DNA from: Gemmatales bacterium
GTDB taxonomy: Bacteria > Planctomycetota > Planctomycetia > Gemmatales > Gemmataceae
DNA: 51,643 nt
Direction of reading: 5' to 3'
Assembly (NCBI GenBank): GCA_038247725.1
Contig: JBBRUO010000001.1
Coordinates: 1-51,643 of the forward strand
The notes under the pieces were generated by a model. The model did no database searches and was not told the origin of the DNA. It saw only the letters and a list, made by a program, of their open reading frames with translations. Shown piece by piece: positions 1 to 9,016 of the stretch (within the stretch, counting starts at the first letter, position 1; each line of letters starts with the position of its first letter). The translations under genes and the position numbers were made by a program.

Positions 1-68
1 ACACATGCGAAAACACCAACAGCCCCGGAGGGGCGGCGAACCATTCAACAAAAGAGAGGGCTTCAGTC

Positions 69-701
69 ATGCACTTCGAGACCGAAGAGGAGTGGCTGGC
101 GTGCGCGGACCCGCGCGAAATCGCTTGGCACTGCAAGAATCGCGACGACGAGTCGCGGTTCCGGTGGCTGCTCATCCGGTGGGGCGAACGGATTCGCCCT
201 CTCCTTTCCATCGATGACGGCAGCTTCTTCGTCGCCTTTGCGGAATGGGCGATTGCCGGACGACCCAAGCCCAGACACCCTCACAACGTGCAAGGATATC
301 TATCCAAAATTGGCGAATCCGCGCGCGATGCGGCAACAGTCTTCGTCGGCGAGTTGTCGAGATATTGGCTGATCTACGCCTCGGCAGGTGCCGCGATTGC
401 CGCCGCGCGAGCGGGTGAGACGCGACACGATGAAATCGCGCAGCAGTTCGCCAACGAATTCCGCGATGTGGCGGGGGACCCATTTCGCCCGGTGGCCTTC
501 GATCCCGCGTGGCGGACGGAGGCCGTCGTCGGATTGGCAACCGGCATCGACGAATCCGGCGCATACGAACGCCTGCCGATCCTGGCGGACGCGCTGCAAG
601 AGGCCGGCTGCGAGGACGAACAGGTTCTCACGCACGCCCGCGGCCCCGGCCCGCACGTCCGCGGTTGCTGGCTCATCGACAGGATTCTGGGGCGGTGGTG
701 A
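69..701 (+). CDS. Hypothetical protein
   Basis: 210-aa ORF with balanced amino-acid composition, unlike the R/P/G-rich shadow frames overlapping it. The C-terminal motif LPILADALQEAGCEDEQVL...HVRGCWLIDRILGR resembles multi-copy planctomycete/myxobacterial hypothetical proteins. No function is assignable. Confidence 0.55.
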   Translation: MHFETEEEWLACADPREIAWHCKNRDDESRFRWLLIRWGERIRPLLSIDDGSFFVAFAEWAIAGRPKPRHPHNVQGYLSKIGESARDAATVFVGELSRYWLIYASAGAAIAAARAGETRHDEIAQQFANEFRDVAGDPFRPVAFDPAWRTEAVVGLATGIDESGAYERLPILADALQEAGCEDEQVLTHARGPGPHVRGCWLIDRILGRW

Positions 702-702
702 A

Positions 703-1737
703 TCACGGTGCGGCGGCGTTCAGCACATCAATGAGTTCCCGCAGGCGGCCGTGATCGTGCTTGTTGAAGCGGAACCGCAGGCGGGGCAGGTCGGCGAGGG
801 CCGGCTCGTTCGCCTCCTCCGGCAATGCCGCGCATGGCTCGAACGTGCCGCCGCTGAGGATGTCGGTGAAGTCCGCCCGCACCGTCGCCAGCGTCGCGTC
901 ACTCACCGGTTCGGTCAGTCGCAACACCAACTCGCCGCGAACGTAGCGCATGCTGTGATACACGCGGTAGAAGCGGCACACCTCCTCGACGGCGTCGTCC
1001 ACGGAATCGGTGATCCGGTACAAGCTCAGGTCTTGTCGGCCGATGTACCCGCGTGACAGCAGGTCGCTCTCGATGAACCCCTGGAACCCCCGCCAGTAAC
1101 TGCCGCCTGGCTCGTCCACCAGCACGATGGGGAAGACGTGGGATTTACCGGTCTGGATGAGGGTGAGCGTCTCGAACAGTTCGTCGTGCGTGCCGAACCC
1201 GCCGGGGAACAGCACCACCGCGTCGGACTCTTTCAAGAAGGCCAGCTTGCGGGTGAAGAAGTACCGCATGTTCATCAGCTTCGGGTCGCCGCTGATGACC
1301 GTGTTCGCCCCGCTCTCGAAGGGCAGCAAGATGTTCAGGCCGAAGCTCATGTCCCGCCCGGCCCCGACGTGCCCGGCCTCCATGATGCCCGACGCCGCGC
1401 CGGTGATGACCATCCACCCGGCCTCGGCCATCCGGCGGCTGAACGCCACCGCCGCCAGGTACGCCGGGTGGTCGGGCTTGGTGCGGGCGGAGCCGAAGAC
1501 GGTCGCCTTGCGGACGCCCCGGTACTTGGCGAAGACGCGGAAACAGTGCCGCAACTCCTTCGTCGCGCTGACGAGCAACTTGGCGTCCCCCCGCGTCGCG
1601 CCGTCGGTGGTCAACTTGTCCGCCACGTCCTTGAGTTGGGCGACGAAGTCCTCGATGTCGTCCGGCGGCAGTTGCTCGGCGGGGTCGTTGGCGTCCGGTT
1701 CCAGAAACGATTCGAACGGCGAGTCGGGCGGGCGCAT
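703..1737 (-). CDS. LOG family protein (TIGR00730-type nucleotide phosphoribohydrolase/nucleosidase) with C-terminal extension
   Basis: 344-aa ORF. It carries the LOG signature PGGFGTHDELFE (PGGxGTxxE) and the upstream ITGAASGIMEAGHVGA glycine-rich segment. About 100 extra C-terminal residues extend beyond the core. Confidence 0.85.
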   Translation of the reverse strand: MRPPDSPFESFLEPDANDPAEQLPPDDIEDFVAQLKDVADKLTTDGATRGDAKLLVSATKELRHCFRVFAKYRGVRKATVFGSARTKPDHPAYLAAVAFSRRMAEAGWMVITGAASGIMEAGHVGAGRDMSFGLNILLPFESGANTVISGDPKLMNMRYFFTRKLAFLKESDAVVLFPGGFGTHDELFETLTLIQTGKSHVFPIVLVDEPGGSYWRGFQGFIESDLLSRGYIGRQDLSLYRITDSVDDAVEEVCRFYRVYHSMRYVRGELVLRLTEPVSDATLATVRADFTDILSGGTFEPCAALPEEANEPALADLPRLRFRFNKHDHGRLRELIDVLNAAAP

Positions 1738-1877
1738 CGGGCGACCTCGGGGCGGGGCGGATCAGGGGGATTGTACGCGGTCCGGTTTCGCGGAAGAACT
1801 CGCAACAGCGGCACGGGGAAATCCGGTACAACGGTCCCATTCGCCTTTCGCCACGCGGCCCCGTATCGGACCCGCCG

Positions 1878-3227
1878 ATGCCTGACCCGATCGCCCGCTA
1901 CCACGACCTGCTGTCGGACGCCACAGTCGCGGCCGACTCGCACGAGCGGCTCACCGCGCTGCAAGAGTCGCGGGGGCTGTTCTTCGGCACCCGCCCCATC
2001 TGCACCGTCCTGCGGCCCCGGTTCCTGACGCTCCCGCAGTACGCCTTCCTCCGCGACCGGGTGAAGGTGCTGCTGCCGGCGTTCCAGACCGCCTACGACC
2101 GGGCGATGGCCGACCCGGAGTTCCGCAAGCAGTTCGGGCTGCTGCCGTGGGAGGACGAACTGCTGGCCATCGAGCCGGGGTTCCGGTCGCCCAGCCCGAC
2201 CAGCCGGTTCGACAGCTTCTTCGCCTCCGAGACCGATCTGAAGTTCACCGAGTTCAACACCGAGACGCCGGCCGGCGCGGGGTACTCGGACGCGCTCGCC
2301 GACATCTTCTACGCCATGCCGGTGTTCCAGGAGTTCCAGCGGCAGTTCGACTGCAAGCCGGTGCCGGACAAGCCCGGCATCCTGCACGCGCTGCTGGACG
2401 CTTACGCGCTGTGGCGGGGGACGAAAAACGACCCGCCCCGGATCGCCATCCTCGACTGGCGGGAGGTGCCGACGTTCTCCGAGTTCGTCCTCTTCTACGA
2501 CTACTTCCACAGCCTGGGCATCGACGTGCGGAACGTGGACCCCCGCGACGTGGAGTACACCGACGGCAAGCTGATGTGCGGCGAGTACCACATCACGCTG
2601 ATCTACAAGCGGGTGCTGATCTCCGAGTTGATCGAGCGCGGCGGCCTGGATCACCCGGTGGTGCGGGCGGTGCGGGACGGGGCGGTGTGCATGTCGAACT
2701 CGTTCCGCTGCAAGATCCTGTTCAAGAAGGCCAGTTTCGCGGTGCTGTCGGATGAGGCGAACGCCGGCCTGTTCACCGCCGAACAACTCGCCGCCGTCCG
2801 CGAGCACATCCCCTGGACGCGAGTGCTGGCCGAGCGGAAGTCGGCCATCGACGGCCAACCCATCGACCTCGTGCCGTTCGTGCTCGCCCACAAGGACCGG
2901 TTCGTGCTGAAGCCGAACGACGACTACGGCGGCAAGGGAATCGTACTCGGCTGGACGGTGGATCAGCCGGCGTGGGAGCAGGCGGTGAAGGCGGCCCTGC
3001 AAGTCCCCTACGTCGTGCAGCAGAAGGTGACGCTGCCCTACGAGCCGTTCGCCGGGTTCGACCACGGCAAGCTCCAAATCCTGCCGCGGATGCTGGACAC
3101 CAACCCGTTCGTCGCCTTCGGCACGCACATGCACGGCTGCCTGACACGGGTCAGCACTGAGGCGCTGCTGAACGTCACCGCCGGCGGCGGCAGCACCGTG
3201 CCGACATTCCTGATCGAGGAGCGGTGA
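1878..3227 (+). CDS. ATP-grasp superfamily protein (circularly permuted type-2 / glutathionylspermidine-synthase-like)
   Basis: 449-aa ORF. Segments such as FVLKPNDDYGGKGIVLG and the terminal NVTAGGGSTVPTFL resemble CP-ATP-grasp/GspS-like carboxylate-amine ligases. It is divergent from the LOG gene. The function call is tentative. Confidence 0.6.
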   Translation: MPDPIARYHDLLSDATVAADSHERLTALQESRGLFFGTRPICTVLRPRFLTLPQYAFLRDRVKVLLPAFQTAYDRAMADPEFRKQFGLLPWEDELLAIEPGFRSPSPTSRFDSFFASETDLKFTEFNTETPAGAGYSDALADIFYAMPVFQEFQRQFDCKPVPDKPGILHALLDAYALWRGTKNDPPRIAILDWREVPTFSEFVLFYDYFHSLGIDVRNVDPRDVEYTDGKLMCGEYHITLIYKRVLISELIERGGLDHPVVRAVRDGAVCMSNSFRCKILFKKASFAVLSDEANAGLFTAEQLAAVREHIPWTRVLAERKSAIDGQPIDLVPFVLAHKDRFVLKPNDDYGGKGIVLGWTVDQPAWEQAVKAALQVPYVVQQKVTLPYEPFAGFDHGKLQILPRMLDTNPFVAFGTHMHGCLTRVSTEALLNVTAGGGSTVPTFLIEER

Positions 3228-3270
3228 GGGGGAATACCGACGGCCGGCGGCTCACCTCCCCAGCCAACGG

Positions 3271-4617
3271 CTACTTCTTGGGGTCGTCCTTCATCGTCGG
3301 CAGTTGCTTGACCACCTCGGCCAGCAGGGCTGAGGCGTCCGGGCGGTACACGAACGCGCCGCGGGCGTCGAGCGCCGCCTTCAACAGCTTGTGCGCCTCC
3401 TCGTACTTCTTCCGCTCGGTCATCATCTTGCCGACGAAGTACACCGTGTCGAGCGACAACTGGCCGCCCGCCTTGAGGACCGCGTTGAAGTGCTCTTCGG
3501 CCTCGTCGGTGCGGCCGGCCTTCAGCTTGCACCAGCCGAGGACGGCGGCGGCGTCGGGCGAGCGGGAGTTCTGCTGGATCAGCGCGAGAGCCAGGTTGAT
3601 CGCCCGCTTCTGCTTCTCCGCGTCCCCGGACTCGGCCAGCACGAGGGCCAGGTTGCCGAGGGCGAACGGGTCGTTCGGGGCGTCCTTGTACAGCCCTTCG
3701 AACACCACTTCGGCGGCGGCGTACTCCTTCTTGTGCCGGGCCAGCACGCCCTTCAGGCCGAGGGTGTCGCGGGCGGTCGGCTCCAGTTGGACGGCGGCAT
3801 CGACGTAAGGGGCGGCGGCGTCCGGGCGGCCGTCGTCGAGCAGCCAGTTGGCGTAGGCGCGGAACGGGCGGGCCGACTTCGGGTGGGCGGCGACGGCCTT
3901 CTTCAACCACCCCTCGGCGGCGTCCCGGTGTGCCCGCGCCTCGTCCAGCTTGGCGGTGGCGTTCGCCTTCGCCGTCCACAGCGTAGCCATCCGCAGTTCG
4001 GGCAGTTCGACGGCCGGGTCGTCGGCGTGCGCCTTGGTCAGTTCGGCGAACGCTTCCTCCGGCTTGCCCAGGCCGAACACCGCTCCGGCCAACTGCTGCC
4101 GCACCCCGCCGTTCTTCGGGTCGTCGTTCAGCACCGCTTGCAGCGCCTCGCGGACGCCGGCGGAGTCCCCCCGCGACTCGTAGCACGCCGCCAGCCCGAG
4201 GCGGGATTCGAGCAGGAACCGTTTCTTCTGGTCGGCCGTCCACCGCACGTCGGCGGCGAGTTGCTGGGCCTGCCGCAGGTTCAGCAGGGCGTCCGTCACC
4301 CGCCCTTCCGTGAACGCGACATTCGCGTTCATCAGGTACACTTCCGGGTGCGTCGGGTCGTCGGCGGCGGCCCGCTCCAGGTTCAGCCGCGCGTCCGGGC
4401 CGCGGCCGGCCTTGGCGAACCACTCGGCCAGGATCACCCGCGGCGGGCGGAGGGCGGGGTTCGCCGTGGTCGCCTTTTTCAACTCCTCCAGGCAGTCGTC
4501 GAACTTCTGCCCCTTGAACAGTTCCAGCGGCTTCTCCAACTCGGCCGGCAGTTTAGCAGGCTGGGCCACGGCGGGGCAGGCGGCCAGCAGCGCGGCCAGC
4601 AGCGCGAATCGGGTCAT
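3271..4617 (-). CDS. Secreted TPR-repeat protein
   Basis: The start is trimmed to the ATG at 4615..4617, which gives the signal peptide MTRFALLAALLAACPAVAQ. The body is helical and TPR-like. This start overlaps the stop of the upstream gene in an ATGA (4614..4617). Confidence 0.75.
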   Translation of the reverse strand: MTRFALLAALLAACPAVAQPAKLPAELEKPLELFKGQKFDDCLEELKKATTANPALRPPRVILAEWFAKAGRGPDARLNLERAAADDPTHPEVYLMNANVAFTEGRVTDALLNLRQAQQLAADVRWTADQKKRFLLESRLGLAACYESRGDSAGVREALQAVLNDDPKNGGVRQQLAGAVFGLGKPEEAFAELTKAHADDPAVELPELRMATLWTAKANATAKLDEARAHRDAAEGWLKKAVAAHPKSARPFRAYANWLLDDGRPDAAAPYVDAAVQLEPTARDTLGLKGVLARHKKEYAAAEVVFEGLYKDAPNDPFALGNLALVLAESGDAEKQKRAINLALALIQQNSRSPDAAAVLGWCKLKAGRTDEAEEHFNAVLKAGGQLSLDTVYFVGKMMTERKKYEEAHKLLKAALDARGAFVYRPDASALLAEVVKQLPTMKDDPKK

Positions 4618-6752
4618 CGGTTCTCCCGTTGAAGGGCGTCGTAGGTGTCGCGGTAGTCGGCGTCTTCCTGTTCGGTCCTCGGCCCGATCCGGACGCGGGC
4701 GGCGGCGAAGGCCGCGCGGGCGTCGGCCGTCCGCCCCTGTTTCAGGTAGGCCTGGGTCAGGCAAAAGCGGGCCGTCGGCGTCGGGGCGACCCCCACCACC
4801 GTTTCCAGCACCCGCACCGCCGGGTCGAGGCGGCCGTCGGCCAGGTACACCGCGCCCAGGACTTCCAGTTGCCGGGGGGTGAGCGGGTCACGGCGGCCGT
4901 CGGCGGCGATCAGCGGCGCGGCGTCCGCCACCGCGCGGGGGACATTCCGCTCGCCCTTGAGCCGCAGCCACGCCAGAGCGGCAGCGGTGTCGGCGTCGTC
5001 CCCGCCCTTCCCCTTCAGTTCGATATACGCGGTGACGGCCGGGCGGACGCGAGTCTCGTTCCACGGCGGCAACACCCGCTCCGCCAGCCGCGCCAGCAGG
5101 GCGGCGCGGACCCGCAGCAGCGGCTCGCTGTTCGGCCATTGGTCCAGCCACCGGCCGGCCGTCCGCGCGGCGGTGGCGGACCACTCGGCGTCGAACTCGG
5201 CGTCGAGGATGCCGGCCAGCGCGGCGGCGATCAGCAGCGGGTCGCGCTTCCGAACCGCCACCTCCTCGCACTTCTTGAGGAACGGTTCCAACCCCTCGCC
5301 GACCGCCTCCAGTCGGCTGCGGACGTACCACCGGGCGGCGGTCGGGTCTTCACAGAGGCGGTCTTCACCGATCCGCTCGACCAACACCTGCATCGCCTCG
5401 TGCTTGTTTCCCGCGAGAAGGAGCGCGCGGGCTTCCAGGCGGGCAGCGATGGGGTGCGTCGGGTTCTGTCGGTACACCCGCTGGCACGCTTGCACAACCC
5501 AATCGTTGCGGTGGATGGCGGCGGCGGCTTCGGCGGCGATCAGTTGCAGGGGCACGTTCGTCGGGTCGCGGTCGGCCGCCGCCGCGACGGCCGCGAACGC
5601 CGCCTCCCCTTGGTTCTCTCGGAGCCACAGCACCGTGCGAAGGGCGATCAGCGGCGGGTCGTCGGCCGCCACCACCAGCCCGGCGAGGACGGCTTCCGTT
5701 GCCCGGTCGATCTCGCCGTCCCGCAGGTGCGCGTCGGCGAGGCCGCGGTACGCCTTCGCCTCGTTCGGGTCGCGATCCCGCACGGCTTGCCAGACGGCGC
5801 GGGTTCGCTCGTGGTGGTCCTTCCGCACCGCCGCGAGTTGGTCGGCCGTCATCGCCCCGTCCCGCCGCAACATCTCGAATGCCGGAAAGAGCTGCTCGCA
5901 CACCTGCCCGAGTTCCACCAGCGTGGGCACGTCGTTGGCCGCCGCCGCCGTCGTCGTCGCGGTGCCGATGAGCCGGCCGATGTCGGCCACCGCCAGGGCC
6001 AGCGACGGCGGGTTCGCCTCGGTCGGGTGGAACACTTCCAGGTAGCACTTCAGCAGTTTCACCGTGACCGCCGGCGGGTCGGCGTCGGCGGCCAGGGCCC
6101 GCAGGCGGGGCACGATGACGCCGCGGAGGAAGTCCCGCAGGGGGGCCGGGTCGCGGCCGGCGGTGCGGTAGAGTTGCACGGCGAACAGCACCCCGTCCGG
6201 GCTGATACCCACGGCCCGGCCGCCGGGGTCAGGCAGTCGGTCGAGCAGCTTGGACGCGGCCGCGCGGTCGTTGCGGGCGAAGGCGGCGGCCACCTTCGCG
6301 CACCGGCACACCCAGTCGTTCGGGTCGTGCGCCAGGCGCTTGTCCGCCTCGCGTTCGGCCTCCGCCCAGCGGCTCTCGCGGACGTGCCGCAGCACCGTGA
6401 TGGCGCACATGCTGGGGTCGGTCGGGTCGGCGTCGCCCTCGTCCAGCGCCCGCCGGCGGCGGGCGACGAGCGGGTCGTCCGGGTGCAGGGCGGCGAGGTC
6501 GTCCAGCGCCTGCCTCATGCCGGCGGGGTCCAGGCTCCGCGCCGCCTTCTCGAAGTCGGACCACCCGGCGGCCACCTGCTGCCGCTGGGCCGACCGCTCG
6601 CGGACGACGAACCAGTAGTACCCGCCGACCCCCGCCGACGCCACGCCCAGCAGGAGCACGGCGGCGCGGGTCCACCGGGGGAAGCGGCCCCACCAGCGGC
6701 GGAGCCGCCACTTCGACGGCGGAACGGGGCGGGCAATGAGCGAGGCGGTCAT
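4614..6752 (-). CDS. Membrane-anchored TPR-like helical repeat protein
   Basis: 712-aa ORF with an N-terminal basic stretch followed by a TM helix (AAVLLLGVASAGVGGYYWFVV) and a long Ala/Leu/Arg-rich helical repeat region. It is translationally coupled to the downstream TPR gene. Confidence 0.7.
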   Translation of the reverse strand: MTASLIARPVPPSKWRLRRWWGRFPRWTRAAVLLLGVASAGVGGYYWFVVRERSAQRQQVAAGWSDFEKAARSLDPAGMRQALDDLAALHPDDPLVARRRRALDEGDADPTDPSMCAITVLRHVRESRWAEAEREADKRLAHDPNDWVCRCAKVAAAFARNDRAAASKLLDRLPDPGGRAVGISPDGVLFAVQLYRTAGRDPAPLRDFLRGVIVPRLRALAADADPPAVTVKLLKCYLEVFHPTEANPPSLALAVADIGRLIGTATTTAAAANDVPTLVELGQVCEQLFPAFEMLRRDGAMTADQLAAVRKDHHERTRAVWQAVRDRDPNEAKAYRGLADAHLRDGEIDRATEAVLAGLVVAADDPPLIALRTVLWLRENQGEAAFAAVAAAADRDPTNVPLQLIAAEAAAAIHRNDWVVQACQRVYRQNPTHPIAARLEARALLLAGNKHEAMQVLVERIGEDRLCEDPTAARWYVRSRLEAVGEGLEPFLKKCEEVAVRKRDPLLIAAALAGILDAEFDAEWSATAARTAGRWLDQWPNSEPLLRVRAALLARLAERVLPPWNETRVRPAVTAYIELKGKGGDDADTAAALAWLRLKGERNVPRAVADAAPLIAADGRRDPLTPRQLEVLGAVYLADGRLDPAVRVLETVVGVAPTPTARFCLTQAYLKQGRTADARAAFAAARVRIGPRTEQEDADYRDTYDALQRENR

Positions 6753-6876
6753 GGCGACAGGCTAGCAGCGCGGAGGGATCAGTCAGTCTTCACAATTGTA
6801 GGACACGACGGCCGGCGCGGTGTGAAGGACGCGCGTGGATCGGCATTCGGCCCAGCGTGCCGGCGTCGCGGGTTAG

Positions 6877-8310
6877 TCACTTCGTCGCGATCTTGTCGAA
6901 CAGGGCGAACACGTCGGCCAGCGCCTCGCGGACGATGACCAGGTGTTCGATCCCGTCGTACTCCGTGAACGTCACCCGCTTCGCCCCGGAATCGGTCAGC
7001 GCCTTGCTCAACGACTTCGCACCGGCGCGGGCGAAGTCGGCGGTGCCGACGCCGACGAACGTGGGCAACTCGGCGAAGGATTTCGCCGTGTCCGCCTTCA
7101 CCCGCCCGCCGCCGCCCAGCGCCGCAACGGCCGCGAACTGGCCGGGGTACTTCTGCGCCGCCTCGATCGTCGCCGACGCGCCCATCGAATGACCGACGAC
7201 GAACACCGCCTTCGGGTCGATGGGGTAGCGCTCGGCGAGTTTGTCCACGATCTCGCCGACGGGGACCGGCGACCCGACGAATCCGAGGCCGAGTCGGGGT
7301 GCGACGAGCAGCCACCCTCGCTTCTCGCACAACTTGACGATGTGCCCGTTGCCGTACCCCTCGAAGAACAGGTTCTCCGACCCACCGGCCCCGTGCAGCG
7401 CCACGACCAGCGGCACCGGCTTCTTGGCGTCCAACCCCTTCGGCACCAGCAGCCGGCAGGCGGTGCGGGACTTCGCCGTCGGCACGCTCAGCCAGAACTG
7501 CCCCGTCCGGTCGGGTGTGAAGTACGGTTTCTTCGCGGCACCGAGCTTCGCCATTTCCTGCGCTTCGGTGAACAGCTTCGCGGCGGGGTAGTCCGTCTCG
7601 AACACCGTGCCCCCCGCGAGGTCTTTCAGCAACTCGACCCGGTCCTTCAGAGTGGCGAGTTCGAGCGAGTCCTTCGCCAACGTTTCCTTACCGGCGTCGA
7701 GCAGTTTGGCGGCGGCCGGGAAACCTTCGGCCGAGCCGGTGATGTGACTCACCGCGACCCGTTTATTTCCCGCGACTCTCGCGGCGATCATCGACTCGAT
7801 CCTCAATTCCACGTCGGTGCGCAGAAGAATATCGGGCACCGGCGGGAGTGGGATCACCACCGACAGCGGCAGTTTCCCCACGGCGACTTCCACCGGCTTC
7901 GTCTGTCCCAGGGTCAGTCGCACCGCCAGCCCCTTCGGCTTGTCCGCCTTCACCGGGTAGAACGCCTGCACTTTCACTGTCAGTTCTTTCGCGCCGCTGT
8001 CGATCACCCGCGTCTCCGGCTCGGCGTACAGGCTATCGGCCCACTGCTGTTCGGCGGTGCGGGGCTTGTCACTGGTCAGTGCGTGGCGGGCGTCGTCGAG
8101 TGTCCGGCCGGCCTCGCCCAACTGGAACGAGAAGAACTGGTTCGTCACCTTCGGGACGATCTTCAGCGCCCGCTTCTTGCCGGCGTCGTCGGCCGTTTCC
8201 CACGCCGCTTCGAATTGGCGGAGTCGCTGGCCGAGTTCGTACCGCGCCGTCTGGGCGAACGCGGGCGACAGGAGGGCGAGTAGCGCGAACAACGCGAGGG
8301 GGAATCGCAT
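6877..8310 (-). CDS. Secreted alpha/beta-hydrolase (carboxylesterase / PHB-depolymerase-like) with N-terminal extra domain
   Basis: The start is trimmed to the ATG at 8308..8310 (signal peptide MRFPLALFALLALLSPAFAQ). The nucleophile elbow is VVGHSMGAS (GxSxG). ALHGAGGSE and a C-terminal ...EYDGIEH... are consistent with a Ser-Asp-His fold. Confidence 0.8.
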   Translation of the reverse strand: MRFPLALFALLALLSPAFAQTARYELGQRLRQFEAAWETADDAGKKRALKIVPKVTNQFFSFQLGEAGRTLDDARHALTSDKPRTAEQQWADSLYAEPETRVIDSGAKELTVKVQAFYPVKADKPKGLAVRLTLGQTKPVEVAVGKLPLSVVIPLPPVPDILLRTDVELRIESMIAARVAGNKRVAVSHITGSAEGFPAAAKLLDAGKETLAKDSLELATLKDRVELLKDLAGGTVFETDYPAAKLFTEAQEMAKLGAAKKPYFTPDRTGQFWLSVPTAKSRTACRLLVPKGLDAKKPVPLVVALHGAGGSENLFFEGYGNGHIVKLCEKRGWLLVAPRLGLGFVGSPVPVGEIVDKLAERYPIDPKAVFVVGHSMGASATIEAAQKYPGQFAAVAALGGGGRVKADTAKSFAELPTFVGVGTADFARAGAKSLSKALTDSGAKRVTFTEYDGIEHLVIVREALADVFALFDKIATK

Positions 8311-8450
8311 GGCGGGTCTCCGGTGGGATGAAAGAAGATGATACCCGTCGTCGCCTGTCGGAGGAAAGACCGTTGCCGTTCGGCGGGGCGGCCGTATCCA
8401 TGCTGCCAACCGCGTCAACGGTTTCGCGTACCCCTCCACGGAGAATTCGG

Positions 8451-8948
8451 ATGTCCATGTTCATCGGCGAAGCGCTGGTCGGCGACGGCAACGAGATCGC
8501 GCACATCGACCTGCTCATCGGCGAGAAGACCGGCCCCGTCGGCACGGCCTTCGCCAACGCCCTGGCCACCCAGAGCCAGGGGCACAGCAGCCTGCTGGCG
8601 GTGATCGCCCCGAACCTGATCTGCAAGCCGGCCACGGTGATGATCACGAAGGTGACGATCAAGGGGGCCAAGCAGGCGGTCCAGATGTTCGGGCCGGCCC
8701 AGGCCGCCGTCGCCCGCGCCGTCGCCGACAGCGTCGCCGAGGGGGTCATCCCGAAGGACAAGGCGGACGAGTACGTGATCGTGTGCGGGGTGTTCATCCA
8801 CTGGGCCGCCGCCGACGACAACAAGATCTTCGAGTACAACTACGAGGCCACCAAGATGGCCATCAAGTCCGCCATGGCCGGCACCCCGAAGATCGACGAC
8901 ATCCTGGCCACGAAGGACACTGTCAAGCACCCGTTCAGCCCGAAGTAA
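8451..8948 (+). CDS. fae: Formaldehyde-activating enzyme (5,6,7,8-tetrahydromethanopterin hydro-lyase)
   Basis: 165 aa. Near-continuous identity blocks match the Fae sequence as I remember it: GEALVGDGNE-AHIDL-IG, LLAVIAPNL-CKP, KVTI..A.QAVQMFGPAQ, VAEG-IP, GVFIHW-AADD-KI-.YNYEATK and a C-terminal HPF. GGAGA lies upstream of the ATG. The upstream part of ORF 7848..8948 is shadow frame. Confidence 0.95.
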   Translation: MSMFIGEALVGDGNEIAHIDLLIGEKTGPVGTAFANALATQSQGHSSLLAVIAPNLICKPATVMITKVTIKGAKQAVQMFGPAQAAVARAVADSVAEGVIPKDKADEYVIVCGVFIHWAAADDNKIFEYNYEATKMAIKSAMAGTPKIDDILATKDTVKHPFSPK

Positions 8949-8958
8949 CCGGCCATCA

Positions 8959-8996
8959 AGCGGAGAGCGGGCCAACTCCGCTCACCGCTCTCCGCT
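8959..8996 (+). promoter_or_regulatory. Intercistronic stem-loop between fae and mtd
   Basis: AGCGGAGAGCGG (8959..8970) is the exact reverse complement of CCGCTCTCCGCT (8985..8996), giving a 12-bp stem and a 14-nt loop. No T-tract follows. Confidence 0.5.
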
Positions 8997-9016
8997 CATC
9001 CTCAGAGCTTCCAGAA

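Noticed and set aside
8311-8450. Possible C1/folate-type riboswitch (ZTP or THF) in the fae leader
   Set aside because: No CCGCCTGGGC-type pfl motif or other conserved core was recognisable by eye.
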